DNA of 36,299 nucleotides from Alphaproteobacteria bacterium (GTDB lineage Bacteria; Pseudomonadota; Alphaproteobacteria; Rs-D84): NCBI GenBank assembly GCA_017546085.1, contig JAFYXQ010000010.1, positions 1 to 36,299 of the forward strand, read 5' to 3'. Shown piece by piece: positions 35,830 to 36,299 of this stretch (position 1 is its first letter; each line of letters starts with the position of its first letter). The notes under the pieces were generated by a model. It saw only the letters and a program-made list of their open reading frames with translations, ran no database searches and was not told where the DNA came from. The position numbers and the translations under genes were made by a program.

Positions 35830-35857
35830 AAAAAATCCCCCGTTTGGGGGATTTTTT
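35830..35857. terminator. bidirectional intrinsic terminator
   Basis: A-run-TCCCCC-GTTT-GGGGGA-T-run. Confidence 0.8.
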
Positions 35858-36041
35858 ATAATGATTTTACAAATGTATCTGCAAATTTTTTTAATTCCAA
35901 TGCGTTTCTAAATGGGTTAAAAACCATCGCATTGTTTGCTTTTTGTGGTTTTGCGTTTAAACCATTTTCTGCGATACTGCATACACCTGAAAAAGAGCAT
36001 TTGCCATTTACAGAATATTTGCAACCTTGACATAATGACAT
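35856..36041 (-). CDS. 61-aa small protein with N-terminal four-Cys cluster
   Basis: RBS AAAGGA, MSLCQGCKYSVNGKCSFSGVC..., own promoter and terminator. Confidence 0.7.
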   Translation of the reverse strand: MSLCQGCKYSVNGKCSFSGVCSIAENGLNAKPQKANNAMVFNPFRNALELKKFADTFVKSL

Positions 36042-36076
36042 AATAAATCCTTTTATTTTTTTATTTACCGCGGGCA

Positions 36077-36104
36077 ATATTAGCACGTATTAATCATTTG
36101 TCAA
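36077..36104 (-). promoter_or_regulatory. putative sigma70 promoter
   Basis: TTGACA-N16-TAATAT on the minus strand. Confidence 0.6.
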
Positions 36105-36299
36105 CATGTTTCTTTTCCTATAGTTGATGAAAAATCAAATGGATTATACGTTTTTGTATTTGCGATAATTGATTTTGCCTGGAAACGAAAATAAGTTTTA
36201 TTTTGGTTGGATGTGTGGTATAATTAACACGTTGCAATTAATTCTTTGCGACAGGGGTGTGAGAACCCTTTCATAGACGTCCAAATAAGACAATGGATA

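Overview
AT-rich chromosomal window of an alphaproteobacterium-like organism (Ssb, RpsB, CarD, EnvC and CtpA are of alphaproteobacterial type). It also encodes a single-chain pyruvate:ferredoxin oxidoreductase, so an anaerobic, probably host-associated lifestyle is inferred. The backbone is housekeeping genes (ssb, rpsB, tsf, tyrS, envC, ctpA, nifJ, bamE, carD, acpS, corA, pth, polA), three intact tRNAs (Ser-TGA, Pro-GGG, Leu-AAG) and many exported or outer-membrane proteins, interspersed with short orphan genes. No integrase, transposase, rRNA or CRISPR array is visible. Main observations: (1) a 73-74 nt two-hairpin non-coding element with compensatory stem changes sits at the same T-loop position in CCA-terminated 3'-end copies of two different tRNAs (57-158 and 26774-26875); (2) a tRNA-Leu with the rare A34 anticodon AAG; (3) a translationally coupled degenerate-Fic plus APH-like kinase operon lying between envC and ctpA; (4) five unrelated orphan or accessory proteins ending in [KR]-x-[RK]-stop, a possible secretion signal; (5) an intact subtilase facing a catalytically degenerate paralogue across ssb; (6) an unannotated 35-aa Cys/His-rich peptide gene. 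All calls were made by eye from the sequence and ORF track, with no searches run.
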